Shown here: piece after piece, positions 1 to 8,737 of the stretch | How the letters are laid out: the number at the start of each line of letters is the position of its first letter | Numbering within the stretch: position 1 is the stretch's first letter | From: Bdellovibrionota bacterium | GTDB taxonomy: Bacteria > Bdellovibrionota_C > UBA2361 > JBIKUX01 | Assembly: GCA_044347345.1 (NCBI GenBank) | Contig: JBIKUX010000004.1 | Span: 32,001-96,000, forward strand | Length of the DNA: 64,000 bases | Reading direction: 5' to 3' | Notes under the pieces: generated by a model | Databases searched by the model: none | Told to the model about the DNA's origin: nothing | What the model saw: only the letters and a program-made list of their open reading frames with translations | Position numbers and translations under genes: made by a program

Positions 1-1
1 A

Positions 2-529
2 TGGGGGGTTTGTGGTGCTTTAGGCGTAACAGTTATTGCAGTAGTTTGGCAAGGACTGCCTTTGCAGCGCTCTTCAGCTAAGGATAATTTAGAGCTATCA
101 TTTGATAAGCAATTAGTTATTTCCGACAAAGAATTTGAACCAAATAACAAGAATGACTTAATTTCAAGTGGCTCGCACCTTGTAAGCTTTGGGAGCCAAA
201 ATCCTGCCGGTCAGGTTGCTTCTGAATCAGCACCTTTTGAATCAGTACCTTTTGAATCAGTACTGAGCTATAGGGCGAGCAAGTATAACAATAATACTAA
301 CGAGCCTTTAGGTGGTCGAATCGAAGTAGATTGGATTAGAAGTGACGGCACTTTACGTCTTATTGAGGGGTCTGAATCTCAATCGACGCTCATTTGGGCA
401 AAGAGGGATAAATATCCTAACAGCTCTTTAAAGCTAGAGAGCTCACCCTCACCCTCACCCTCAACCTCAACCTCAACCTCAACCTCAACCGACCAGTCGT
501 TTACCTTATCCACGAGTCCAGTAAAATAA
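2..529 (+). CDS. 5'-truncated membrane-anchored hypothetical protein, possibly anti-sigma factor C-terminal part
   Basis: Frame of ORF 62..529 stays open back to base 2 and adds hydrophobic WGVCGALGVTVIAVVW; C-terminal beta-rich EVDWIRSDG..TLIW then SP/ST tail. Function is a guess. Confidence 0.55.
   Translation, partial: WGVCGALGVTVIAVVWQGLPLQRSSAKDNLELSFDKQLVISDKEFEPNNKNDLISSGSHLVSFGSQNPAGQVASESAPFESVPFESVLSYRASKYNNNTNEPLGGRIEVDWIRSDGTLRLIEGSESQSTLIWAKRDKYPNSSLKLESSPSPSPSTSTSTSTSTDQSFTLSTSPVK
442..490. repeat. Hexamer microsatellite (CTCACC)3(CTCAAC)5
   Basis: Read directly; encodes SPSPSPSTSTSTSTST. Confidence 0.95.
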
Positions 530-637
530 TAGAATGAACGTTATATTAGTAAAACACTTGTAAACTCCTTTTTTAGCTTTTTAGTTTAAAAGCAAAAATT
601 GGCAAGTATCTTACTAGTAGCAATTAAATTTTTTTTC

Positions 638-664
638 TTAAGCTAAAAGATTTACAGCCGAATT
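638..664 (+). promoter_or_regulatory. Candidate sigma28 (FliA) promoter
   Basis: TTAA-N15-GCCGAATT vs consensus TAAA-N15-GCCGATAA; 43 nt before ATG 708. Confidence 0.4.
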
Positions 665-707
665 CTATTGTATCGGTTTTCTTTTATAAGTAGGGGTTCT
701 TACTATC

Positions 708-863
708 ATGGAACTAGATGCTGAGTACTCTTTTGCGGCAGAAGCAATAACTGAAATCATTGAACTTTCAGGTGACATTCTAGAGCTTTTAAATTTTCTA
801 ATAGATAATGATGGGTGTCCTGTACTTGATTTAGATTTGAATAAGCAGGAACTAATTCATTAA
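708..863 (+). CDS. Small acidic hypothetical protein (51 aa, not in ORF track)
   Basis: ATG708..TAA863, MELDAEYSFAAEAITEIIELSGDILELLNFLIDNDGCPVLDLDLNKQELIH; AGGGG upstream. Confidence 0.4.
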   Translation: MELDAEYSFAAEAITEIIELSGDILELLNFLIDNDGCPVLDLDLNKQELIH

Positions 864-1005
864 AAGCTCTTGTCTAGGTGAGGCTTACAGGCTTTTTATC
901 TGAAGTGATCTCTTCAAAAATGAAGATAAATTAGCTAGGACCTAAGTATATTACTAACCTTAAAGTAGTAATCTTAGCTAAATTCACGGAAGGATAAAGG
1001 TAATT

Positions 1006-2463
1006 GTGGCCAGAGGTGAAGTTTTAACTAGTCAAACTAGTCAGGGGGTGACACGTAACCGGTCGCTGGGCGTAAATATAGGCACCACAGGCACAGGCAG
1101 AGGCACAGACACTCAGCTAGCTTTGGCGCAAGTAGATTCGACTAAAACCTCGTTCACAGATGAACTACTATCTCAATCACCTCTACCACCTCCATCACCT
1201 CAAGATATAATTTACCTAGGAAATCCACAAAAATTAGAAGACTTTCCAGGGGATCCGGAGGTGAATCTTCCTCTTACAGAAGGTGAAAATATACAAGGCT
1301 CTGACCCTAACCCTAACCCTGACCCTAACCCTAACCCTGACCCTAACCCTGACCCTAACCGTAGCCGTAGCTTTTCCTCTCCAGAGGCTGACAAATATAT
1401 AATAGATATAAAGAGTCTACCTTCTTCGGCGAATACCGAAAGACCGTTTCCAATTTCAACCTCTGAGAACTCAAGGGAACCAAAACCTCAGCCTTCAGAT
1501 TTAACTTCTGAACAAAAAGCTATAGACACTGCCTTCGAACAAAAATCTGACTGGAATAAGTATAACGACCCTTCTGAGCTACAAACACTACATGAGTTGC
1601 TTAAGAAAGATCCTCGAGCTGTGGAAGCTCATGAAATACTGCATACTTTATTAATGAATGATTGTATCACCCAAAGAGTGTATGATCGTCTTGCTGGTAA
1701 AATTCGTAGCCCGATTTCATTTGATCCAAAAGACCCATTGTGTTGGATTCATCCTCAACAAGCGTTGGATCTCATTAAAAATATTAGAAATCAGATTACT
1801 ACAGGTGACCTAGCGGATCTGACCTCGCAACAAAAAGCGCAAGTAATGGTGAGATTTGCCGTAATTGCTGAAGATGGTGGATTACATGCGCTTCCGAGAG
1901 TTTTCGCTTTAAGTGATATTCTTCTTTGGAACACTAACTGGAGCTTACTGTTAGCGGTAAAACAATTGGAGATCAACAATAAAAATGAGAGTTATCAAAA
2001 CTCTTTAGATCGATTATATAAAGAGCAACTATCAAACTTAAACGCAAACTACGAAGGCTTATCTCAGGGTGGTTCGCTATTATTTCTAACTAACTATAAG
2101 GGGCGTATCACATCAGGATTTGGCCCGAGAATACATCCTACTTTGGGCTACCGTAGACATCATGCTGGAATAGATATTGCCGCCCCTCCGGGTACCCCTG
2201 TATCTTCAGCAGATGGTGGCACAGTCAAATTTGCAGGCCAGATGGGCGGTTACGGGAACACAGTTATAATTGACCATGGGCAGGGTATTACTACGCTTTA
2301 TGCTCATTTAGCTATGATCAATGTACAACCTGGCCAGCAAGTTGAAAGAGACACAAAAATAGGTACGGTTGGATCTACCGGAGTATCAACTGGGCCACAT
2401 CTTCATTTTGAAGTTCGCGAAAAAGGTAATGCAGTAAATCCATTGAAATACTATCGTTCGTAG
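1006..2463 (+). CDS. M23 family metallopeptidase with long low-complexity N-terminus
   Basis: C-terminal ITSGFGPRIHP..HAGID (HxxxD)..YAHL..STGPHLHFEV (HxH); AAGG RBS before GTG. Confidence 0.9.
   Translation: MARGEVLTSQTSQGVTRNRSLGVNIGTTGTGRGTDTQLALAQVDSTKTSFTDELLSQSPLPPPSPQDIIYLGNPQKLEDFPGDPEVNLPLTEGENIQGSDPNPNPDPNPNPDPNPDPNRSRSFSSPEADKYIIDIKSLPSSANTERPFPISTSENSREPKPQPSDLTSEQKAIDTAFEQKSDWNKYNDPSELQTLHELLKKDPRAVEAHEILHTLLMNDCITQRVYDRLAGKIRSPISFDPKDPLCWIHPQQALDLIKNIRNQITTGDLADLTSQQKAQVMVRFAVIAEDGGLHALPRVFALSDILLWNTNWSLLLAVKQLEINNKNESYQNSLDRLYKEQLSNLNANYEGLSQGGSLLFLTNYKGRITSGFGPRIHPTLGYRRHHAGIDIAAPPGTPVSSADGGTVKFAGQMGGYGNTVIIDHGQGITTLYAHLAMINVQPGQQVERDTKIGTVGSTGVSTGPHLHFEVREKGNAVNPLKYYRS
1305..1358. 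repeat. Nine CCCTRA hexamers (6 CCCTAA, 3 CCCTGA)
   Basis: Read directly; in frame, encodes a (D/N)P linker. Confidence 0.95.
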
Positions 2464-2554
2464 AAATTTCAGAGCGTGATACGTTAATTTGTCAGGTTAA
2501 GTAAAGCTCTCAATACCTACTTTAAGCACCTACTTACTTTTTTAATTTTATGAG

Positions 2555-2809
2555 TTATTTGGTTTTTAATCTGTCTTCGTTATCCGTAATAAATGCGCGC
2601 AGATCATCGGCTCGCTCAAGCAGTTTTAACCACTGCTCCTTGTAAAGAGTTACTGGAAAGCGCCCCATGCCGTACACTGATACTGCTCCTTTTTCACTTA
2701 CTTTAAAGGTCATAGTCTTTGATGGTGATGAAGCGGCATCACGTTTTAATTTTTCGTTTTCAGCACGAAGCTTTTCAAGCTCTGCTACAATTTCATCTGA
2801 TGTACTCAT
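2555..2809 (-). CDS. Small conserved hypothetical protein, possible PC4-like fold
   Basis: Coiled N-terminus then KVSEKGAVSVYGMGRFPVTLYKEQW; GAG upstream. Confidence 0.8.
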   Translation of the reverse strand: MSTSDEIVAELEKLRAENEKLKRDAASSPSKTMTFKVSEKGAVSVYGMGRFPVTLYKEQWLKLLERADDLRAFITDNEDRLKTK

Positions 2810-3024
2810 TGCAATAATCTCTTGAAAACAAAGTGAGTGAAAACACTGCTACAGAGTGTCTAACTATTTTACTGCAAAAGGTCAATCTGATCTTCAACAA
2901 AAGCCTAACTGGTAACTTACAGGTAGGAGAGGATTGTTCTAGCGTGGCACTCTTTCCTAAAGGCCCTAAGGTGAGCTAGCATCCAATACGGTAAGGAAGT
3001 GACTTCCACATAGGAGACACATGT

Positions 3025-3495
3025 ATGGTTAAAACATCAGCGCCGTTATCATCTTCTAGCTCTAACCGGTTGAATAATCGCTCGCATAACGAAGCATCGG
3101 AGAGTCAGATACATAGCAAGGAGGCGGTACGTTGGTTTTTTGGTATGGGAGCAGTGGCGATAATTATCACTTCAGCTTTATTGCTAGTTGACGGTAAACT
3201 AACGCGCTCCACCAAGGAGCGACGTTTGGCAGATACTTTATTCGAGATGCGTAGTGCCCAATCCTCCATACCACAGAGAAGTGGTAGCGATAGCAGATTG
3301 GTTGTGTCTGAGATGGTTGTGTCTGAGATGGTTGCGGGTGGTACAAATAATGGCGACGAAAAGTGGGCACCGGCTGGTGCTGTGAAGGTGCGTCCCGACA
3401 CTGCAAGTTTAAATACTCCTAGTGATGAAAATCACAATAAATATTTTGGTGCGGTACATGCTCCAGAAGAAAAGTCTGCTCATAATTCACACTAA
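3025..3495 (+). CDS. Hypothetical single-TM protein
   Basis: AGGAG RBS; TM WFFGMGAVAIIITSALLLV. Confidence 0.65.
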   Translation: MVKTSAPLSSSSSNRLNNRSHNEASESQIHSKEAVRWFFGMGAVAIIITSALLLVDGKLTRSTKERRLADTLFEMRSAQSSIPQRSGSDSRLVVSEMVVSEMVAGGTNNGDEKWAPAGAVKVRPDTASLNTPSDENHNKYFGAVHAPEEKSAHNSH

Positions 3496-3524
3496 CTTTA
3501 AAACACTGAATGCAAAAGCTGTCT

Positions 3525-3812
3525 TCAGGTGAAGATAGGTGTGGAAGATGTTTTTTCACTTACGAGAATAGGTTGAGATGAGTTTAGTAAAGTAAAATTA
3601 AAGTTGAATTCAGTGAGAAGTTGTTTAGCAATTTGAAGCGAATCTGATGAAACATAGATGCGAAAAGCCTTTGCGATAAGACTACCTGTGACCTTTATGC
3701 ATAATTCTTCCACCACAGCATCAATATCAGCTTGATGAAAATTATGAACTAAACGAAAGGCAGATGTTGCCGACCTTGTTGTTAATACTAAAATCATTGT
3801 ATTTTTAACCAT
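3525..3812 (-). CDS. Hypothetical small alpha/beta protein
   Basis: 95 aa ORF, AGGT upstream, fills the gap; no family recognised with confidence. Confidence 0.5.
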   Translation of the reverse strand: MVKNTMILVLTTRSATSAFRLVHNFHQADIDAVVEELCIKVTGSLIAKAFRIYVSSDSLQIAKQLLTEFNFNFTLLNSSQPILVSEKTSSTPIFT

Positions 3813-3913
3813 TCAATCAACCTAATAATCGGTATGAAAATAACTCTTAGGCGCTACAAAGCACCATAGGAGAAGTAGGGCTAGCATTGTTAATGCATAC
3901 TTAGGAGGAAAAG

Positions 3914-5020
3914 GTGCAAGGTAGTTTGGAGGAAGTTGTCCTATCGCCTAAAATTTTGTCTGAGTACGAAATAGGGTATGGAACTTATTCCGTAGTCCCT
4001 TTGATAAGAGGCCATCTAAATCGAACTTTTGTTATTGAGCGCAATTCTGTTACTACTGCTCCGTCAATCCTACTTCAGCAGATAAATGAACATGTTTTTG
4101 GAAATATTACAGCACTTATGGCAAATATTTCCAAAGTATGCGCTACTCTTGGTAAATCATCCTCTTATAATCGAGAAGCTACCCCTTTAACTTTACTCAG
4201 AACGCAAAATGGAGAGCCATTTACGCGGGATGAAGATGGAAATCCTTGGCGAGCATTTAGATACCTTTCGGGACGCTTAATTTTTGATCAGTGTCCTAGT
4301 GAGGATGTGGCTTGGGCTGCTGGGCGTTTATGTGCGTTATTTTTGAGTTCTTTTCATCATGAAAATTTAAGTGGTTTCAGCGAAACAATCCCCTTTTTCC
4401 AAAATTTAACTAAACGTTTTATCGCACTGAAAGAAGCATCATTGCAGGATGTAATGGGAAGACTGCGAGTAATCTCTTCGGAGGTAGCATCTCTGCTAAA
4501 TCTTGCAGAGCATGTTGCGGGTATCACAGATGATCCAGCTCTTCCAATAAGATTATGCCATAATGACTTCAAGTTAAATAACTTACTTTTTGTGAACCCT
4601 GATAAAATTAAGGGTGATGCCGTAGTAGACCTCGATACTTGCATGCCTGGAGCAATTACTTACGATATCGGAGATATGCTCAGATCTATAGCACTAGAGC
4701 GTCCAGAAGATGAGCCAGACATTACCACCGTTCATGGAAACCATGCAATTATCTCTGCATGCATAAGCGGATTCATGGAAGTTATTGGTGATAATCTTAC
4801 GCCTACAGAACTGTATCGCGCCGCTGATTCACCAAGGGCAGTTTCGCTTGCCTTAGCGGCAAGGTTCTATACTGATTATCTTAACGGTGACCGCTATTTT
4901 AGGGTTGAAGATCCTGAGCAAAATCTTCGCCGTGCTAGAGTTTACGTTAAACTAGCCACAGAACTTTACGGTTTAATGAAGGACAAAATTATTAGGCGCA
5001 TGATATTAAAAACTAGTTAG
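3914..5020 (+). CDS. APH-family phosphotransferase (N-acetylhexosamine 1-kinase/MdsC-like)
   Basis: GHLNRTF, LQQIN..VF, HNDFKLNN catalytic loop, DLDT..PG, DYLNGD.YF; AGGAGG RBS. Confidence 0.85.
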   Translation: MQGSLEEVVLSPKILSEYEIGYGTYSVVPLIRGHLNRTFVIERNSVTTAPSILLQQINEHVFGNITALMANISKVCATLGKSSSYNREATPLTLLRTQNGEPFTRDEDGNPWRAFRYLSGRLIFDQCPSEDVAWAAGRLCALFLSSFHHENLSGFSETIPFFQNLTKRFIALKEASLQDVMGRLRVISSEVASLLNLAEHVAGITDDPALPIRLCHNDFKLNNLLFVNPDKIKGDAVVDLDTCMPGAITYDIGDMLRSIALERPEDEPDITTVHGNHAIISACISGFMEVIGDNLTPTELYRAADSPRAVSLALAARFYTDYLNGDRYFRVEDPEQNLRRARVYVKLATELYGLMKDKIIRRMILKTS

Positions 5021-5103
5021 TGGACAGTCAAAAATTAGCCAAAAAAATCCAAGACTGGCCAACTAACTATTAACAAAAAACCTTGAAACTTTAAAAAGAG
5101 CGT

Positions 5104-5754
5104 TTATCGATAGATAATCAAATCTTCCTTTGAGTAGCGTACCTTTGGTAATTTTGAATTGTTATCGTCTAAAGCTCTGTAGCCAAGAGTAGCTACTACC
5201 GTTGGCCAAAATCCATCTTTTGAGCAATTTAAAATTTCATCGTACGCTTTGGCATCAAAACCTTCCATTGGGCATGCATCAATGCCTAAAAGAGCCGCAC
5301 TAGTAAGAAGGTTGCCTAAAGCAATATATGTCTGTTTACTCGTCCAAACAAATGGATCGAATCCCGGAAAGGGATACTCAACAAACCCTAGCATCATTTG
5401 ACGATATCCTTCTATCGCTTCACGACTTATTCCGCGTGTTTGCATGATGGTAGAAATAAGTCGTTCAACATCGTTTTGGCCTACTTCTTTTTGAGCGGCA
5501 AACACAACCATGTGAGAGGCTTCTGTAATTTGCGGTTGATTCCACGAGCAAGGTTGTAGCTTGGCTCGAATATTTTTGTCCTTGACTACGATAAATCGCC
5601 ACGGTTGAAGACCAAAAGATGATGGTGTAAGTCGAAGAGTTTCCTCTAACGTATCCCAAATTTCATCTGGGATAACCTTTGTTGCATCAAACTTTTTTGT
5701 GGCGTAGCGCCAATTTAGTTGACTAAGAAGGGTAGTAGTATCTGCAGGACTCAT
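5104..5754 (-). CDS. NAD(P)H-dependent nitroreductase (NfsB-like)
   Basis: WRYATKKFD, LTPSSFGLQPW, DACPMEGF, PKVR. Confidence 0.93.
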   Translation of the reverse strand: MSPADTTTLLSQLNWRYATKKFDATKVIPDEIWDTLEETLRLTPSSFGLQPWRFIVVKDKNIRAKLQPCSWNQPQITEASHMVVFAAQKEVGQNDVERLISTIMQTRGISREAIEGYRQMMLGFVEYPFPGFDPFVWTSKQTYIALGNLLTSAALLGIDACPMEGFDAKAYDEILNCSKDGFWPTVVATLGYRALDDNNSKLPKVRYSKEDLIIYR

Positions 5755-5778
5755 GGTAATTCCTTTAAATAAACATAA

Positions 5779-6024
5779 TTAGTTGTAAAGCTCACCTCTT
5801 CTGCCTTGCTCCATTCCGCCACTACTAACAGGTATACATATCCAGTGGCTATCTTCACAGAGGCAAATGTTTTGTTTTTGTCTCAAAAATACCGCATTAC
5901 CATCATCGTATGATTTGTTTTGGTAATTACATGAATTACTACTATTTATGGAGCACCCACTACTTAGAAGGGCACAAAATAACAGTATGCTTATAGTTTT
6001 AATGGTCATAGTTTGTTTAATCAT
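5779..6024 (-). CDS. Small Cys-rich lipoprotein (DUF1496/VWC-like)
   Basis: Start more likely ATG 6024 or 6009 than 6168; lipobox-like LSSGC; CNYQNKSYDDG..CLCEDSHWIC. Confidence 0.6.
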   Translation of the reverse strand: MIKQTMTIKTISILLFCALLSSGCSINSSNSCNYQNKSYDDGNAVFLRQKQNICLCEDSHWICIPVSSGGMEQGRRGELYN

Positions 6025-6031
6025 GTTGTCA

Positions 6032-6607
6032 CTAATTTTTTTGATGTAGATTGTACTCTCTAAAGTTTTCAATGAGTCTCGCAAGTTGGTACGGAGCAGA
6101 TACAAACTCAATTGAGAGCTCAGCATCGCCCTGTGCGGCTGTGCCAACATAGACGTGACCGTATCCAAATACTCTTCCCCAAAACGGTTGGAATACGAAA
6201 ATACCGCGAATATCAGTATAGCGCACCGATGGCACTGAGTAATTTAATGATAGACGCCCTGTTTTTCTAAAAATAGATACCTCACCTAATACATAAAGGT
6301 CGTTGTAGTATCTACGAGCGGTTTCAAGTAGTACCAACAAGGGTATAATTCCTAACCATCTAAGAGAAAAGCTACTTATAATCGGAATATATTGCAAATA
6401 CTGAGGAAGATATAAATTAGCCAACAGCAATAAAAATATTAGCAGTAAGAATAATATTATATTTGGGATAAGGGAGAGAGGGCTACGCATGATGCATAAT
6501 AACTCGGCACGGTTTGAACCCTTTAGAATCCTATCTATCGAGGGGTATGTCATCGAGAGCGCTCGTACTAATTTAATCTGTTTCGCTAATAAAGTGTCCT
6601 TAAACAA
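6032..6607 (-). CDS. Membrane protein with bacterial PH domain (bPH_2-like)
   Basis: Two TM helices then KTGRLS..DIRGI..QPFWGRVFGYGHV.VGTA. Confidence 0.8.
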   Translation of the reverse strand: MFKDTLLAKQIKLVRALSMTYPSIDRILKGSNRAELLCIMRSPLSLIPNIILFLLLIFLLLLANLYLPQYLQYIPIISSFSLRWLGIIPLLVLLETARRYYNDLYVLGEVSIFRKTGRLSLNYSVPSVRYTDIRGIFVFQPFWGRVFGYGHVYVGTAAQGDAELSIEFVSAPYQLARLIENFREYNLHQKN

Positions 6608-6642
6608 CTAATTAAGGAAATCTTTTTTCTTTTCATTTCAGT

Positions 6643-7614
6643 TTATTTTATATCAAGCCAATCACGCGGCAAGCTGACTACTTTTAGTAGATTTTTAGCT
6701 TCAAGTGAGGGAGGAGCTGGTTCATTTGGATGAAAATGAACTTGCGGAGGAAGAGACATTAGAATCGAGGCAGTGCGACCTCCGGTTTTAAGGCCAAACA
6801 AGGTGCCTCTATCGTAAAGTAAATTAAACTCTACATACCTGCCTCTTCGGAGAAGTTGGAATTGTTTTTCTTCAGATGTATAGGGGAGATTTTTTCTGCG
6901 AGTCACTATTGGAGTGTAAGCGGAAGTAATTGCCGCCCCAACAGATTGTACAAAAGGAAAAAATTGCTCGACGCGAGATGACTCATTTGAAGCTAAATTT
7001 TTTCCGAGATAGTCAAAGAATATTCCACCCACACCTCTGGCTTCTTGTCTGTGAGGTAAATAAAAATACTCGTCACAGTCTTTTTTAAATCGCGGATAAA
7101 AACTTTGATCATGTCTGTCACACGCTTCCTTGAGAACTGCATGAAAGTGAGTGGCATCTTCTTCATACAAAAGATAAGGAGTAAGGTCTGCACCACCACC
7201 AAACCATCGCTGAGGCTGAAGGTCTTTGGCCGTTACCTCAAGATACCTGACGTTGGCATGGGTGGTGGGAATTTGTGGGGAAAATGGATGAAATACTAGA
7301 GACACTCCTGTCGCAAAAAACTGTGCTGAAATATTAACTCCTAGCAGTTTATTTACCATGTCAGCGGGAAGTGTGCCTTCTACAGCGCTAAAGTTAACGC
7401 CAGCTTGTTCAAAAATATGACCATTTCGCAATAAAGCGGAGATTCCGCCTCCTCCATGCCCTCCAGAAATATCTGTTCTATTCCAATTCTCCTTAATGAA
7501 CGGCACAGCTCCATCACTATCTAACGCCTCAATTTCCGCGCAGATGGAAATCTGAAGAGTTTTGAAGAATTTTAATACTCGGTCTCTAAAATCAGAATTT
7601 GTATTCTCGTGCAT
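6643..7614 (-). CDS. hemF: Oxygen-dependent coproporphyrinogen III oxidase
   Basis: PTTHANVRY, WFGGGADLTP, RGVGGIFFD, RRGRYVEFNLLYDRGTLFGL. Confidence 0.97.
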   Translation of the reverse strand: MHENTNSDFRDRVLKFFKTLQISICAEIEALDSDGAVPFIKENWNRTDISGGHGGGGISALLRNGHIFEQAGVNFSAVEGTLPADMVNKLLGVNISAQFFATGVSLVFHPFSPQIPTTHANVRYLEVTAKDLQPQRWFGGGADLTPYLLYEEDATHFHAVLKEACDRHDQSFYPRFKKDCDEYFYLPHRQEARGVGGIFFDYLGKNLASNESSRVEQFFPFVQSVGAAITSAYTPIVTRRKNLPYTSEEKQFQLLRRGRYVEFNLLYDRGTLFGLKTGGRTASILMSLPPQVHFHPNEPAPPSLEAKNLLKVVSLPRDWLDIK

Positions 7615-7625
7615 GTCTGTATTTT

Positions 7626-7641
7626 TGGCCAGCTCTTTGCA
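7626..7641 (+). promoter_or_regulatory. Candidate sigma54 promoter for the flg operon
   Basis: TGGCCAGCTCTTTGCA: GG-N10-GC with TTGCA. Confidence 0.5.
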
Positions 7642-7810
7642 TCCTTTCTATCGTAACACAACACACTGTCAATAGCCCTACATATAATGTGCGGGCTGAT
7701 TTGACTAAATTAAGTGGATCAGACCAGTTGTGGTACATGGAGCCTAACAGAACAGAGTAATATCATCGGTTCTCATGTGACAACATATTGGCGAGATCGT
7801 AGGAGCGTCT

Positions 7811-8725
7811 ATGATCGGGATGCCGTTTGAGATTGGCACCATTAAACTTGTGATAGATTGCCTGTTAATGGCGATGATAGCGCTCCTTGCATATCGTTTT
7901 CTTCGATCTCCTGGTACTTCGCGAGCGTTTAAACGACTTGAAGTTTTAGAGCATTCTCTTCGAGCATTAGTCAAAGATGCTGAAACCTCGAGTAAATCGC
8001 TGGTCACAGATCTACGGGGATATCAGGGGGATCTTCGTAAGCTGTTATTAGATATTGAGACTGCTGAAACTCGACTAAACAGAGCATTGAGTAACGCAGA
8101 AGAGATGGCTGAAAGAATAGTTCAGCCATCAAAAAGTACTGTTGAGCATACTAAGTATCAAGTTCCGAGCGATCCATACCAACACCAACTAACAGATCAA
8201 AAAACATCGGAGATATTAAATCGGTTATCAGGTGAAACACTGTCAAGACAGCCTATGCAGTATTCATCAGAAATATCCTCATCTTACATAAGCGATTATA
8301 CTCCTGTTGAATTTCTTCTCGATCCGATTGAGGCTCCAGAACCGCCAAGATTTGAAATGGCGGTAAAAACTCGTCAATCTCCGAATTTACGTCCGGCATC
8401 CAATAATCAAAATATTTCTAAGAATCCATCAAATCAATCAGATAAAAGAGAGTCGCCAGTTCGATCAGTTGGTCTTGCTAGCTCAGTTGAGCGAATAAAT
8501 GAACCCTCTTCTACGGTAGTTCAAGGTAGACTGTCTGATGTTTATTCCGCTGCAGAAGAGATGCTTCGTGCTGGAAATGATTTAAATATAGTAGCAAGTA
8601 CTACTAACTTACCTATTGAACAAATAAAAGTATTGTCGCGACTCGTAAAAGAGACAAAGCCTGTAGCATCAACCACATTTGATGATGATCCGCGCTTAGG
8701 TGCTCTAAATGCAAGACGTCTCTAA
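7811..8725 (+). CDS. Flagellar-cluster hypothetical protein (TM, coiled coil, C-terminal HTH-like; DUF2802-like)
   Basis: N-terminal TM, heptads, AEEMLRAG..IVASTTNLPIEQIKVL; directly upstream of flgF. Confidence 0.7.
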   Translation: MIGMPFEIGTIKLVIDCLLMAMIALLAYRFLRSPGTSRAFKRLEVLEHSLRALVKDAETSSKSLVTDLRGYQGDLRKLLLDIETAETRLNRALSNAEEMAERIVQPSKSTVEHTKYQVPSDPYQHQLTDQKTSEILNRLSGETLSRQPMQYSSEISSSYISDYTPVEFLLDPIEAPEPPRFEMAVKTRQSPNLRPASNNQNISKNPSNQSDKRESPVRSVGLASSVERINEPSSTVVQGRLSDVYSAAEEMLRAGNDLNIVASTTNLPIEQIKVLSRLVKETKPVASTTFDDDPRLGALNARRL

Positions 8726-8737
8726 GGAGGATTAAGA

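Noticed and set aside
1305-1358. Eukaryotic telomere contamination
   Set aside because: Short, mixed units, in frame within a continuous bacterial ORF.
6025-6168. N-terminal part of ORF 5779..6168
   Set aside because: Overlaps the upstream PH-domain gene; signal peptide starts at 6024/6009.
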